A stretch of DNA of 37,338 nt from Octopus sinensis (taxonomy: Eukaryota): assembly GCF_006345805.1 (NCBI RefSeq), contig NW_021835917.1:1-37338 (forward strand). Direction: 5' to 3'. The notes under the pieces were generated by a model. The model was given only the letters and a program-made list of their open reading frames with translations, searched no databases and was not told the origin of the DNA. Position numbers and translations under genes: made by a program. Of the stretch, positions 21,403 through 32,354 are shown piece after piece (within the stretch, counting starts at the first letter, position 1; each line of letters starts with the position of its first letter).

Positions 21403-21591
21403 GATTCTTGTACCAAAGTTCCAAGTGTAAAATCTTGATTATGGTGTTTAAATAACATAATTTGTAACACCTAGATATCATTATTTGAAAGGTTTATAGC
21501 CATGATAATAATTAGCTATTTCATGCTTCATACCATGTATATGGTATTTTTGACACAGCTATATTCAGTTATCTGATTATGTTTCATCTCC

Positions 21592-22013
21592 ACTCTTTAC
21601 TCTCTTTTACTCTTTTACTTGTTTCAGTCATTTGACTGCGGCCATGCTGGAGCACCGCCTTTAGTTGAGCAAATCGACCCCGGGACTTATTCTTTTTGTA
21701 AGCCCAGTACTTATTCTATCGGTATCTTTTGCCGAACTGCTATGTGACGGGGACATAAAGACACCAACATCGGTTGTCAAGCAATGCTAGGGGAACAAAC
21801 ACAGACACACAAACATATACACACACACTTATATATATATACATATATACGACAGGCTTCTTTCAGTTTCTGTCTACCAAATCCACTCACAAGGCATTGG
21901 TCGGCCCGGGGCTATAGCAGAAGACACTTGCCCAAGATGCCATGCAGTGGTACTGAACCCGGAACCATGTGGTTGGTTAGCAAGCTACTTACCACACAGC
22001 CACTCCTGCGCCT
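21592..22013 (-). mobile_element. Full-length, young-looking SINE A with a short tandem (ACTCTTTT) tail
   Basis: Head AGGCGCAGGAGTGGCTGTGTGGTAAGTAGC; A box TGGCTGTGTGG; B-box-like GGTTCAGTACC. Confidence 0.94.
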
Positions 22014-22016
22014 GTA

Positions 22017-22345
22017 TCATCATCATCATAATCGTTTAACGTATGTTTTCCATGCTAGCATGGGTTGGATGGTTCAACCGGGTTCTGGGAAGCCAGAAGG
22101 CTGCACCAGGCTCCAGTCGAATCTGGCAGTGTTTCTACAGCTGGATGCCCTTCCTAACACCAACCACTCTGTGAGTGTAGTGGGTGCTTTTCACGTGCCA
22201 CCGGCACAGGGGCCAGTGGTGATTGGCAATGGCCATGATTCAGTTGGTGCCTTTTACATGCCACTGGCACGGATGCCAGTCAAGGCAGCACTGGCATCAA
22301 CCATGTTTGGATGGGGCCTTTAACGTGCCACCGGCATGGGTATCA
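22017..22345 (-). mobile_element. Family C element with three internal units
   Basis: Tail at 22017; GGTGCTTTTCACGTGCCACCGGCA-type units at 22183, 22246 and 22313 (spacing 63 and 67). Confidence 0.9.
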
Positions 22346-22893
22346 CAACTACAATTTCCATAAACAGTAATAAACTATGAGCCAAAGATGGGAACCTGTA
22401 CATGGACGTTCAGCCTACTAGAAATAGCAGCCAAATTTCCACCCCTATCTGACACTATTGTTTCAGGTAAATGACTACATTGAATAATTTAGTCTCACAC
22501 ACACACACACACAAACTATATATTTTAATAGAAGATTGGGTAGTTGTTGTTGGAATATTTTTGAATGTAAGTCTACTGATAAGGGCTGGCCAGGTTCAAA
22601 AGAACAACTAACAAATACTATTACAATTATCATCATCATCATCACCATCACCATCACCATCATCATCATCATCATCATCATCATTATCAGTTGTAGCAAT
22701 AGCAGCAATATTAGAATTTGAATCCTCGTTGTTTCCATACTGGAATGGGTTTGGCTAAACTTGCCATATACCATATCAGACAGAAAAAATGTTTTAAAAA
22801 TCAGTTTTGGCCTTTTCTCAACTCCCCTTTCATGTTCATTCATTGAAAATCTTGTAATTTCATTCCTTCCTGTTTCTTGCTCTTATATGATAA

Positions 22894-22927
<34 letters not shown>

Positions 22928-22944
22928 CATTGGCAATAGTTGCA

Positions 22945-23125
22945 TCTAACATCCACTTTCAATGCAGGTTTGGGTTGGATGGTTTGGCAGGATCAAACAT
23001 ATTAGAGGAATAGTTCTAATATATGAGATTTGGTGTGGTTCCTCTGCCTGGAACACTGATCTTGACACTAATCATCTTTTACTCAGTGCACCTGGTGCAT
23101 TCTTCATGGCACCATCACTAGTGAG
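22945..23125 (-). mobile_element. Old, degenerate family C-related copy
   Basis: TAACATCCACTTTCAATGCAGGTTTGGGTTGGATGGTTTGGCAGG. Confidence 0.55.
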
Positions 23126-23619
23126 GTACCTTGTAGCTTGCAAGGCAAAAGAGGATTTATTACTGTGAGAGACTAAGAGATGCATACATGCAGATATATA
23201 TACATATACACTCATGGACACACATACATACATACATATAGGGACACTCGCACACACATGCATGCACACATTTATGTATATGTACATATGCACTTGCACA
23301 CACAAGTGTGCACCTGTACATGTATGCACATGTACAGGTGCATGTGTATATGGATGTGACTTGCATGCACGTGTACACCTGCAAACACACATCCATATAC
23401 ATGTGTGCAGTGAGCAGATGTACATGTGCACTCATGCACATGTACACATGTGGTCATGCACAAGGAGTGAGAGTATGTGGGTAGACACACATGGAGAAGT
23501 TTTGGGGATTGGGGATATCTGGTGCTGTTCATGGGGGTTAATTTGTAACAGTGACCTTGGTGCAGGTGGTACTTGCAGTGGCTGGTACTAAGGAGGTTAT
23601 ATCCAGGTTGTCAGTGGCC

Positions 23620-24207
23620 AGTGGCTTGAAATTTACCAGAAAGGTGTACCTCTCGTGACAGTGATATTCTATCTCATATTTCTTGTTGATGGATACTGCA
23701 TGTTGGTAATGATATGTGGAAATTAAGGGTACTGGGTGAACATGGTGGTGCCTTGATGATAATAGTCCACTCAATGCTGGGTGTTTCATCTTGGAGGTCA
23801 CAAAGTCTCCAGAGAAAGCGCAACAGGGAAGTGGACTTCTTTCTGTCCCTGGATCTAAATGAATGCATGTGCTGGGAGTATCTTCCCCTGAAGTCAGTGG
23901 CTGTCATACCAATATAGTGCCTAGTGATGCCATCAGATGGTGTGAGGGTGGTTCTGTATACTACAGCCCTTGAGAGGCAGGACCCTCCTAGAGGGCAGGT
24001 GATAGGGTTTCAGGGGTTGCAGGTTGGGGTTGGGGGTGGTGTGGGTACGTTCTTACGTCTGTTGATGTGTGTGATTATTAGATGCGATGTTGTCTAAGCA
24101 GGAGCTGCATAGCTTGACATTATGGGGATTGAAAAGTTTGTTATACTTATGACCTCTGGGGAAATGTTTCTTTATTAATGACAGGAAGCCTCTGGCTATA
24201 TTGGTTT
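23620..24207 (-). mobile_element. Penelope-like element fragment 1: RT thumb/linker plus GIY-YIG endonuclease (pseudogenised)
   Basis: TNIARGFLSLIKKHFPRGHKYNKLFNPHNVKLCSSCLDNIAS...TCNP*NPITCPLGGSCLSRAVVYRTTLTPSDGITRHYIGMTATDFRGRYSQHMHSFR...LWRL...IEWTII...NKKYEIEYHCHERYTFLVNFK. VVY...YIG nuclease motif, FK.RY..H..SF motif and a Cys-rich linker. Confidence 0.9.
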
Positions 24208-24238
24208 ATGTATATATATCACCAAACAATAGTCACAC

Positions 24239-24285
<47 letters not shown>

Positions 24286-24321
24286 TATATATAATATATA
24301 TTACAGGAAGTTAATTATATG

Positions 24322-24395
24322 ACTGGTCATACAGTAACCAATGGTTTCACATCCATAAAGTGCTTAGCTTTATAAACAACTCATCAGACTCCAAT
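24322..24395 (-). ncRNA. Type I hammerhead ribozyme candidate with an intact catalytic core
   Basis: AUUGG AGU CUGAUGA [GUUGUUUAUAAAG-CUAAGCA-CUUUAUGGAUGU] GAAA CC-AUU-GG U U ACU GUAUGA CCAGU. Stem I is AGU/ACU plus AUUGG/CCAGU around a 6-nt bulge. Stem II has about 11 pairs including GU. Stem III is ACC/GGU. The predicted cut is after GUU, between 24336 and 24335. Confidence 0.72.
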
Positions 24396-24437
24396 GGCTG
24401 CAGACATATAACCTCTCTCCAAATTGGCACTGGAATC

Positions 24438-24483
<46 letters not shown>

Positions 24484-24660
24484 TGTCTCACTCATGCCAT
24501 CATGGAAAGCAGACATTAAATGATGATGATGATATATATATGTATATATACACAGGCACACAAATATCTAAAAGTGCACATAAACATATATACAAATAGT
24601 CATCTCATTATGAGATAGCTGAGATGCATTTTTCTCAGATCGGTGTGTAGTATCATGGAT

Positions 24661-25355
24661 GAGATAGTGAATATATAAAACATTTCTCTATTAGCTAATG
24701 GTTTCAAAGAAACTATTAAATAACATATACACATAATTCAACAGAAAGAGATGCAAAAGAAAAAACACATGGTTTAATCCACCATAATCAAAACCTGTAA
24801 CAACATTAATGGACAAAACCTTTTTCTAGCTTATATGAATCTACTTTCCTCTGGACATATGGGCAGGAAAACCATTAACCCAATCTGACTCAAAATAAAC
24901 TACTCAAAACCAACAAACTTCTCCAAAACTCTTGCATCCATTAATCACTAGAAAATGAAGAATAATTTGAACCACTAAATCCAAACCAATAATGGAAATG
25001 TATGCCTAGTCAGTTATATACAAAGCCACTGTCACATATAACATTAACCAAAACACTTTGGTTATACACGAATGACAAGTAACTAATTCAAGAAGAAGCA
25101 TTATTATACCTTTAGGACACATAGCAAGGAAGATTGGATAGAAGACAAGCTACATATATCCAATTTTTACAAAATAACAATATCGTCAAATGGTAACTGT
25201 TCAATAAACTATCAGCTTGTACACAATCAAATACACTCTGTAGGCTGTTTACCCTAGAAAGGCTTGCAATCGTGGAACACCAGACCAGAACATTGAAAAG
25301 CACATAGAATTCATTTCTTCATGCCTCCACATATGCAAATACATCCTTAAATATC
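24661..25355 (+). mobile_element. Penelope-like element fragment 2 (heavily decayed): RT end, linker and GIY-YIG
   Basis: SLLANGFKETIK*...KNTWFNPP*SKPVTT..DKTFF*LI*IYFP / LKINYSKPTNFSKTLASINH / SVIYKATVT / YTRMTSN*FKKKHYYTFR / IVKW* / CRLFTLERLAI / HIEFISSCLH. Collinear with the PLE motif order across many stops and frameshifts. Not visible in the ORF track. Confidence 0.82.
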
Positions 25356-25361
25356 ATGACA

Positions 25362-25392
25362 ACATTCTGAGAGTATCGTGAAATGTCAGTAG
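25362..25392 (+). ncRNA. Very degenerate hammerhead-like remnant just after PLE fragment 2
   Basis: AUU CUGA-GA GUAUCGU GAAA UGUC AGU. One-nt core deletion and stem II lost; the position is where a pseudo-LTR ribozyme would be expected. Confidence 0.3.
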
Positions 25393-25689
25393 AATATTGT
25401 ATTTTCTTTTTCTGTTGCTTTTATTTCTTTTCAAATAATATTTCTTGCCTGAATGAGCAATAATGTAAGAGTGACACCCCCATCGCCAAACACACTTGGC
25501 AGAAATCTCCCCTTCATGTCCCAAATAAATGACCATACAGCCATTCAATAAATCACATTAAAAATAGCTTGCTATCAAAAGCACCAGCAAAAGAAAGCGA
25601 ATATCTTTCTTTCCTTCCTTTTTAATAAATTCACACATCAACTGCCATCACACAATCTCAAAAGACGCACAAAAGCACACACACACACA

Positions 25690-26026
25690 CGACTATATCT
25701 GGTCAACGTATAGATGCATAAGCACATGCACACACACACATACACATGGATATATGGTCTACGTATAGTTACATAAGCACGTGCACACACACACACATGC
25801 ACACATACACACACATGAATATATCTGGTCTGTGTATAGATACAGAAACGCACAAACATGTACCTGCACACACACACACATGCACACACAACATGCACAA
25901 CTACACACACCCACAGGTGTGCACACTCACACAGAGGCCAAGCGCACGTGCTCACACATACACACACACACACGAATATATCTGGTCTACATATAGTTAC
26001 ATAAGCACACACACGCACACGCACAC

Positions 26027-26069
<43 letters not shown>

Positions 26070-26225
26070 ACACACACGCACATGAATATATCTGGCCCGT
26101 GTATAGATACACAAACACACAAACACGTACCTGCACACACACACACATGCACAACCATACACACCGACAGGTGTGCACACTCACCGACAGGTGTGCCAAG
26201 CACGTGTGCACACACACACACATGC
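25690..26225. repeat. Higher-order minisatellite: GAATATATCTGGTCTACGTATAG-type cores (5 copies) in CA spacers
   Basis: Cores at about 25691, 25748, 25815, 25974 and 26083; the triplet X-Y-Z (Z = CAGGTGTGCACACTCAC) occurs twice. Confidence 0.85.
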
Positions 26226-26574
26226 ACACACATGCACACACATATGGAGTGAAAAACACACACACACACACATTAATGCATTTCTATGACTAGGCAGACA
26301 CACAGAAGCCCCACAAAGACGGCTTCCAATGAAAACACACATATAAGAAATCAATTAAGATACACCTCGAAGCACATCATGTCATTCCAACAGCCACGCA
26401 CACGCACACACACACATACTCACGCACACACACACACACACAACCACACACACAATCGTGCATGACACACAAATAAATACACATAGGTCCCTATACACAA
26501 AGATACATGCAAACACACACCAGATCACTCAATTAAACGTACATTGTCATACACACACACACACACACACACAC

Positions 26575-26990
26575 ACATGTGCCTGCACATATATACATGC
26601 AAACACGTGCAGGTACAAACACACACATAAACATGTGCCTGCACACACACACACACACACACATACACACACATACACAGACACACAGAAACATATGCCT
26701 GTATACACACACACACACACATAAATATGTGCCTGCACACATGCACACACACACACACACATAAACGTGTGCCTGCATACACACACACACATAAATATGT
26801 GCCTGCACACATGCACACACACACATAAACGTGTGCCTGTATACACACACACACACACAAACACGTGCCAGCACACATACACACACACGCACATAGACAC
26901 GAGCCTGTAAACACTCACATACACACACACATAGACACGAGCCTGTACGCATCCACATACACACACACACACAAACAGGTGCCTGTACAC
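26575..26990. repeat. Minisatellite of about 12 AAAYRTGTGCCTGYA cores separated by variable (CA)n
   Basis: Direct reading. Confidence 0.85.
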
Positions 26991-27099
26991 ATGCATATAC
27001 GTCCCAATACACACACACACATCAGATACACCAGATGTATGCATGTAAACTCACACCAAATCGTTCAAATGAACACACAGACACAGTAACATGTACCTT

Positions 27100-28215
27100 T
27101 ACACACACACACACACACACACAAGCATACACATACACATGCACACGCACACACAAACACAAACACATGCACACACACACAAACACATACACATGGACAC
27201 ACACACACAAACACAAACACATGCACACGCACACACAAACACAAACACATACACACGCACACACAAACACAAACACATACACACGCACACGCACACACAA
27301 ACACAAACACATACACATGCACACACACACACAAACACATACACACGCACACGCACACACAAACACAAACACATACACATGCACACACACACACAAACAC
27401 ATACACATGCACACACACACACAAACACATACACAAACACATACACACACACACACAAACACATACACATGCACACACACACACAAACACAAACACAAAC
27501 ACATACACACACACAAACACATACACACGCACACGCACACACAAACACAAACACAAACACATACACACACACACACACAAACACAAACACATGCACACAC
27601 ACACACAAACACATACACATGCACACACACACACAAACACATACACATGCACACACACACACAAACACATACACACGCACACACAAACACAAACACATAC
27701 ACACGCACACGCACACACAAACACATACACACGCACACACAAACACAAACACATACACACGCACACACACACACAAACACATACACACGCACACACAACA
27801 CACAAACACATACACACGCACACACACACAAACACATACACACGCACACACAAACACAAACACATACACACGCACACACACACACAAACACATACACACG
27901 CACACACACACACAAACACAAACACATACACACGCACACACACAAACACATACACACGCACACACACACACAAACACATACACACGCACACACACACACA
28001 AACACATACACACGCACACACAAACAACAACTACACACGCACACACACCACAACACATACACCACGCACACACAACACAACACATACACACGCACACCAC
28101 ACACAAACACATACCACGCACACACACACACAACACATACACACGCACACGCACACACAAACACATACACACGCACACACACACACAAACACATACACAC
28201 GCACACGCACACACG
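27100..28215. repeat. 1.1-kb (CA)n-derived variant-repeat array (AAAC/ACAT/ACGC interruptions)
   Basis: Recurring ACACAAACACATACACACGCAC. Confidence 0.95.
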
Positions 28216-28269
28216 TGTCAGCATATTCAAACTACCGCATGAAACATGCATACCACATACTCTAAACAC

Positions 28270-29302
28270 ATCACCATTACAACAGCCATCGCCACCACAA
28301 CCGCTGCCGCCACCACCACTACTTCTACCATCACCACCACTACAACTGCCACCATCGCCATCACCACCAACAACAACAACGCTGCTAACTACCACAACTA
28401 TCATCGCCACCAAAATGACCATGATTTCACCATCATCAACACCACCACCACCACCATCACCACTACCACAGCAACAACTGCCATCACCACCACCACCACT
28501 GCTGCCACAACCGTCACCACAACCACCGTCACCATCACCAAAATTACCTGCATCACCACCACCACCACCACCACCACAATCACAACCACCACCACCACCC
28601 AATCACAACCACAACACCACCACCACTACCACCAACACAACCACCACCACCACCACCACCACCACCACAACCACCAACCACTACCACAGCAACCACCACC
28701 ACCACCACCACACCAACACAACCACCACCACCACCACCACCACCACCACAACCACCACCACCACTACCACAGCAACCACCACCACCACCACCACCACCGC
28801 AATTACAACCACCACCACTACCACAACACAACCACCACCACCACCACCACCACACCACCACAACCACCACCACCACTACCACAGCAACCACCACCACCAC
28901 CACCACCGCCAATTACAACACCACCACCACACCACCACCACAATTACAACCACAACCACAATCACAACCACAACCATCACCACTACCACAGCAACCACCA
29001 CCACTGCCACCACCACCACCACCACCACCACAACCACCACCACCACCACCACTACCACCAACACAACCACCACCACCACCACCACCACCACAACCACCAC
29101 CACCACTACCACAGCAACCACCACCACCACCACCACCACCGCAATCACAACCACCACCACTACCACCACCACAATTACAACCACAACCACAATCACAACC
29201 ACAACCATCACCACTACCACAGCAACCACCACCACTGCCACCACCACCACAACAACCACCACCACAACCACTACCACAACCGCCGCCACCACCACCACCA
29301 TC
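28270..29302. repeat. 1-kb (ACC/ACA/ACT)n trinucleotide array with an internal 231-bp-offset duplication
   Basis: CAATTACAACCACAACCACAATCACAACCACAACCATCACCACTACCACAGC at 28941 and 29172. Confidence 0.95.
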
Positions 29303-29707
29303 GTTATAGCACAACAGGTTGTTTTGATTTTTTACTTAACAATCAATAAAGGAAGATGGAATAATAATGACTCTAACCTCACATTCTACAAACAGCCATC
29401 TTCCAGAGAGAAACTTGTAATTGGAATGCAAACACAGAAGACCCAACTATTTAGTATTCATTCATTCTTTCTTTTGTTTGGCATCCATTTATTTCTGTTT
29501 TTGTCCTTGTGCACAAGCATGGATGGCTACATGGTTAAATAGCTCACTTTGTAACTGTATGCTCTGAGGTTCGGTCCCACCATGTGGCACTTTGAGCAGG
29601 AGTCTTAGATATAAGGAACAATAATGATGATGATGATAATGATTATGACGATTCTGAATATGATGACGACCATGGTGGTGATGATGGTGGTGGTTGTGGT
29701 TGTGTTT

Positions 29708-29981
29708 AGTGCCAGCTGATTGGTCCCTTGCCGGCGGCACGTAAAAAGCACCATTCATGCATGGCCGATGCCAGTACTGCTTACCTGGCCCTCATGCCAG
29801 TGGCACATAAAAAGCATCCACTACACTATCAGAGTGGTTGGCATTAGGAAAGGCCATTCTGCTGTAGAATTGGATTGGAGCCTGATGCAGCTACTGACTT
29901 TACAGACTTCAGTCAAACTGTCCAACCCATGCCAGCATGGAAAGCGGACGTTAAACGACAACAGCAATGATGATGATGATA
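29708..29981 (+). mobile_element. Family C element with two internal units
   Basis: GGCACGTAAAAAGCACC...GGCACATAAAAAGCATCCACTACAC...GGACGTTAAACGAC...(ATG)n. Confidence 0.88.
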
Positions 29982-30061
29982 ACCCACAGCAATCCTATGC
30001 TCATTCATGACTGAAAAGGGTCTTTAACTCTAAACCTTATTTTTTTTATATATATACATAC

Positions 30062-30225
30062 ACACAGGATTGGCTGTGTGGTAAGTAGCTTGCTTACTAA
30101 CCACATGGTTCCGAGTTCAGTCCCACTGCATGTCATCTTGGACAAGTGTCTTCTACTATAGCCCTGGGCCGACCAATGCCTTGTGAGTGGATTTGGTAGA
30201 TGGAAACTGAAAGAAGCCCGTCGTA
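30062..30225 (+). mobile_element. SINE A 5' half
   Basis: GGATTGGCTGTGTGGTAAGTAGC...GAAAGAAGCCCGTCGTA. Confidence 0.9.
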
Positions 30226-30277
30226 CATCCCATGTCTTCCTGGGTCTACCTCTTCCACAGTTTCCTTCCACCAGCAA
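30226..30277 (-). mobile_element. Tiny RTE LINE fragment
   Basis: Reads LLVEGNCGRGRPRKTWD, the RTE C-terminal G.R.RGRP..TW motif. Confidence 0.72.
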
Positions 30278-30689
30278 TTTTTGGGAGCTGATGAGTTGAT
30301 TGCATCAGCCCCAGTGTTTGACTGGTGCTTATTTTATTGACCCTGCAAAAATGAAAGGCTAAGTTTACCTTGGCAGAATTTGAACTCGGAACGTAATGAC
30401 AAATGAAATGCCATTGAGTATTTTTCTCAATGTGCTAATGATTCTGTCAGCTTGCTGCTTTCACTCAGAACATTAATATTGCTTTCAAATTTTGACACAA
30501 GGCCGGCACTTTTAGAGAAAGGTCATAAGTTGCTTACAAAATCCCCAGTAATCAACTGGTATTTATTGTATCGACTCAGTAAAAATGTAAGTCACAGTCG
30601 ACCTCAGTGGAGTTTGAGAATGCTTAGCCAAACCAAATGCCATTAAACGTTTTGTACCATGTGCTAATGACTCTTCTAGCTGACTGCCT
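30272..30689 (-). mobile_element. Two tandem SINE B units (about 30272-30460 and 30472-30689)
   Basis: Each has ACTGGT(G/A)(C/T)TTATT..ATYGAC...AAGT(T/C)..CCT...TTTGA...GCTAATGA...AGCT. Confidence 0.78.
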
Positions 30690-30945
30690 TATAACGATCT
30701 TTCCCAAATCATATAGACTCATAGAGTCAGTTCCCTGGTTTCTGTAGTGTATATATTCACCCCCTGGATGGGATGCCAGTCCATCGCAGGATTACTTGAT
30801 TGCTCGTTTTAACCAGCTGAGTGGACTGGAGCAACATGAAATGGAATGCTTTGCTCATGAACACGATGCATCACCCAGCCAAGGAATCGAAACCACAATC
30901 TTACAATCATGAGTCCAACACCTCTAGCCACTAAGCCACACATCT
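30690..30945 (-). mobile_element. SINE family E (tRNA head, CORE-like region) interrupting the SINE B array
   Basis: Head GTGTGGCTTAGTGGCTAGAG, B box GTTTCGATTCC, then CATGAGCAAAGCATTCCATTTCATGTTGCTCCAGTCCACTCAGCTGG. Confidence 0.78.
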
Positions 30946-30958
30946 ATACACACAGGGC

Positions 30959-31413
30959 ATTACTATCGGTTTCAAATTTTAGCACAAGGCCAGTAATTTT
31001 AAGGGAGAGGCAACTCAATTACATTGATCCCAGTATTCAAGTGTTACTTTTTATTGTCAACCCCAAAAAGAGGACAGATAAAGTCAGCCTCGGTGGAATT
31101 TGAACTCAGAACGTAAAGATGAATGAAAAGACGTTAAGCGTTTTGCCCAGCATGTAATGACTGTGCCAGCTCACCACCTTGTCTCAGAGCATTAATACTG
31201 ATTTCAAATTTTGGCACAAGGCCAGCAATTTCGGAGGAGGGGCTAAGTCGATTACATCGACCCCAGTTTTCAACTGGTACTTATTTCATTGACCTCTGGA
31301 GGATAAAAGGCTAAGTCGACCCCGGCAGAATTTGAACTCATGAATGTAAAGACAGACGAAATACAGCTACGCACTTCGTCCGGTGTGCTACGTATTTCAT
31401 CCAGCTCACTGCC
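30959..31413 (-). mobile_element. Two further tandem SINE B units (about 30959-31179 and 31191-31413)
   Basis: Both begin ATTA(A/C)TA..G.TTTCAAATTTT(A/G)GCACAAGGCCAG; period about 231 bp. Confidence 0.85.
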
Positions 31414-31773
31414 ATTCAGGGTATTAATATCAAAGGTAAGGAAAAGGAAAACGACAAAAAGCAAAGAAGCTTTATTTAAGCGGTTCATTTATTAATCTTA
31501 CGAGATACACTTGACTCTCCCACATTTCGCAGGAATAGCAGGAGATGGAAGAAGTAGTAGTAGTGGTGGTGGTGGTGATGGTGGGGGAGGCAGCCTGAGG
31601 AGGTAAAGGAGGAGAAAACATGTTGATTTTCTGTGAGAAGAATTCCTTAAAGAGATATTTATGATGTATTTTATTGAACATTAAATCTAAGATGGTTGAG
31701 TTTAATTAAAGAAAATTGATATGGAGAGGATATTGAGGTGTACTCCATTGTAATATTGCTTTGAAATGTCAGT

Positions 31774-31810
31774 GGGGGTGGGGGTAGGGGTAGGGTGTAG
31801 GGGGTAGGGG
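31774..31810 (+). other. G-quadruplex-forming G-tract (GGGGT/TAGGGG repeats)
   Basis: Six runs of 3-5 G with 1-5-nt loops. Confidence 0.7.
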
Positions 31811-31980
31811 TAGTACTCTATTGTAATCTAATAACATAACAGATGATAGCAAGTGGATATGTATTGTATGATGCTACAGGGTGGATATGTCCTTTGCTCT
31901 GCTATAATAACATCACTGTCAACAATAGGTTGGGCAGGTGGGGGTGGACACAATGTCCTTAATGACCTAATCTATTTACA

Positions 31981-32156
31981 GATGCAGGAGTGGCTGTGTG
32001 GTAAGTAGCTTGCTTACCAACCACATGGTTTCAAGTTCAGTCCCATTGCATGGGACCTTGGGCAAGTGTCTTCTACTATAGCCTTTGGGCCAACCAAAGC
32101 CTTGTGACTGGATTTGGCAGATGGAAACTGAAAGAAGCCCATCATATATATATGTA

Positions 32157-32239
<83 letters not shown>

Positions 32240-32242
32240 CTA

Positions 32243-32297
<55 letters not shown>

Positions 32298-32320
32298 TAT
32301 ATATATATATATATAATGTA

Positions 32321-32354
<34 letters not shown>

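Larger units (their letters stand above)
20590..21530. repeat. Degenerate AT-rich minisatellite with a 21-25-bp period (about TAAATACCATAATTTGTAGTGCT)
   Basis: Recurring AAATACTATAATTTG, AAATACCATAATTTG, AAATGCCATAATTT and AAATATCATAATTT. Confidence 0.7.

Noticed and set aside
21784-22323. 179-aa ORF
   Set aside because: Reads antisense through SINE A and family C; a chance open frame.
24010-24012. In-frame TGA in the PLE1 Cys-rich linker as selenocysteine
   Set aside because: It aligns to the Arg of the usual CNCR motif (CGA>TGA CpG decay); the fragment has other lesions and I see no SECIS.
27035-29542. 835-aa ORF and overlapping 320-526-aa ORFs
   Set aside because: They lie in (CA)n and (ACC)n arrays, which lack stop codons in several frames on both strands; there is no domain or splice evidence.
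30288-30308. CTGATGA with a small hairpin
   Set aside because: Part of a decayed antisense SINE B unit; no GAAA at a suitable distance.
31774-31810. Interstitial telomere
   Set aside because: The units are TAGGGG/TGGGG rather than TTAGGG, and the tract is too short.
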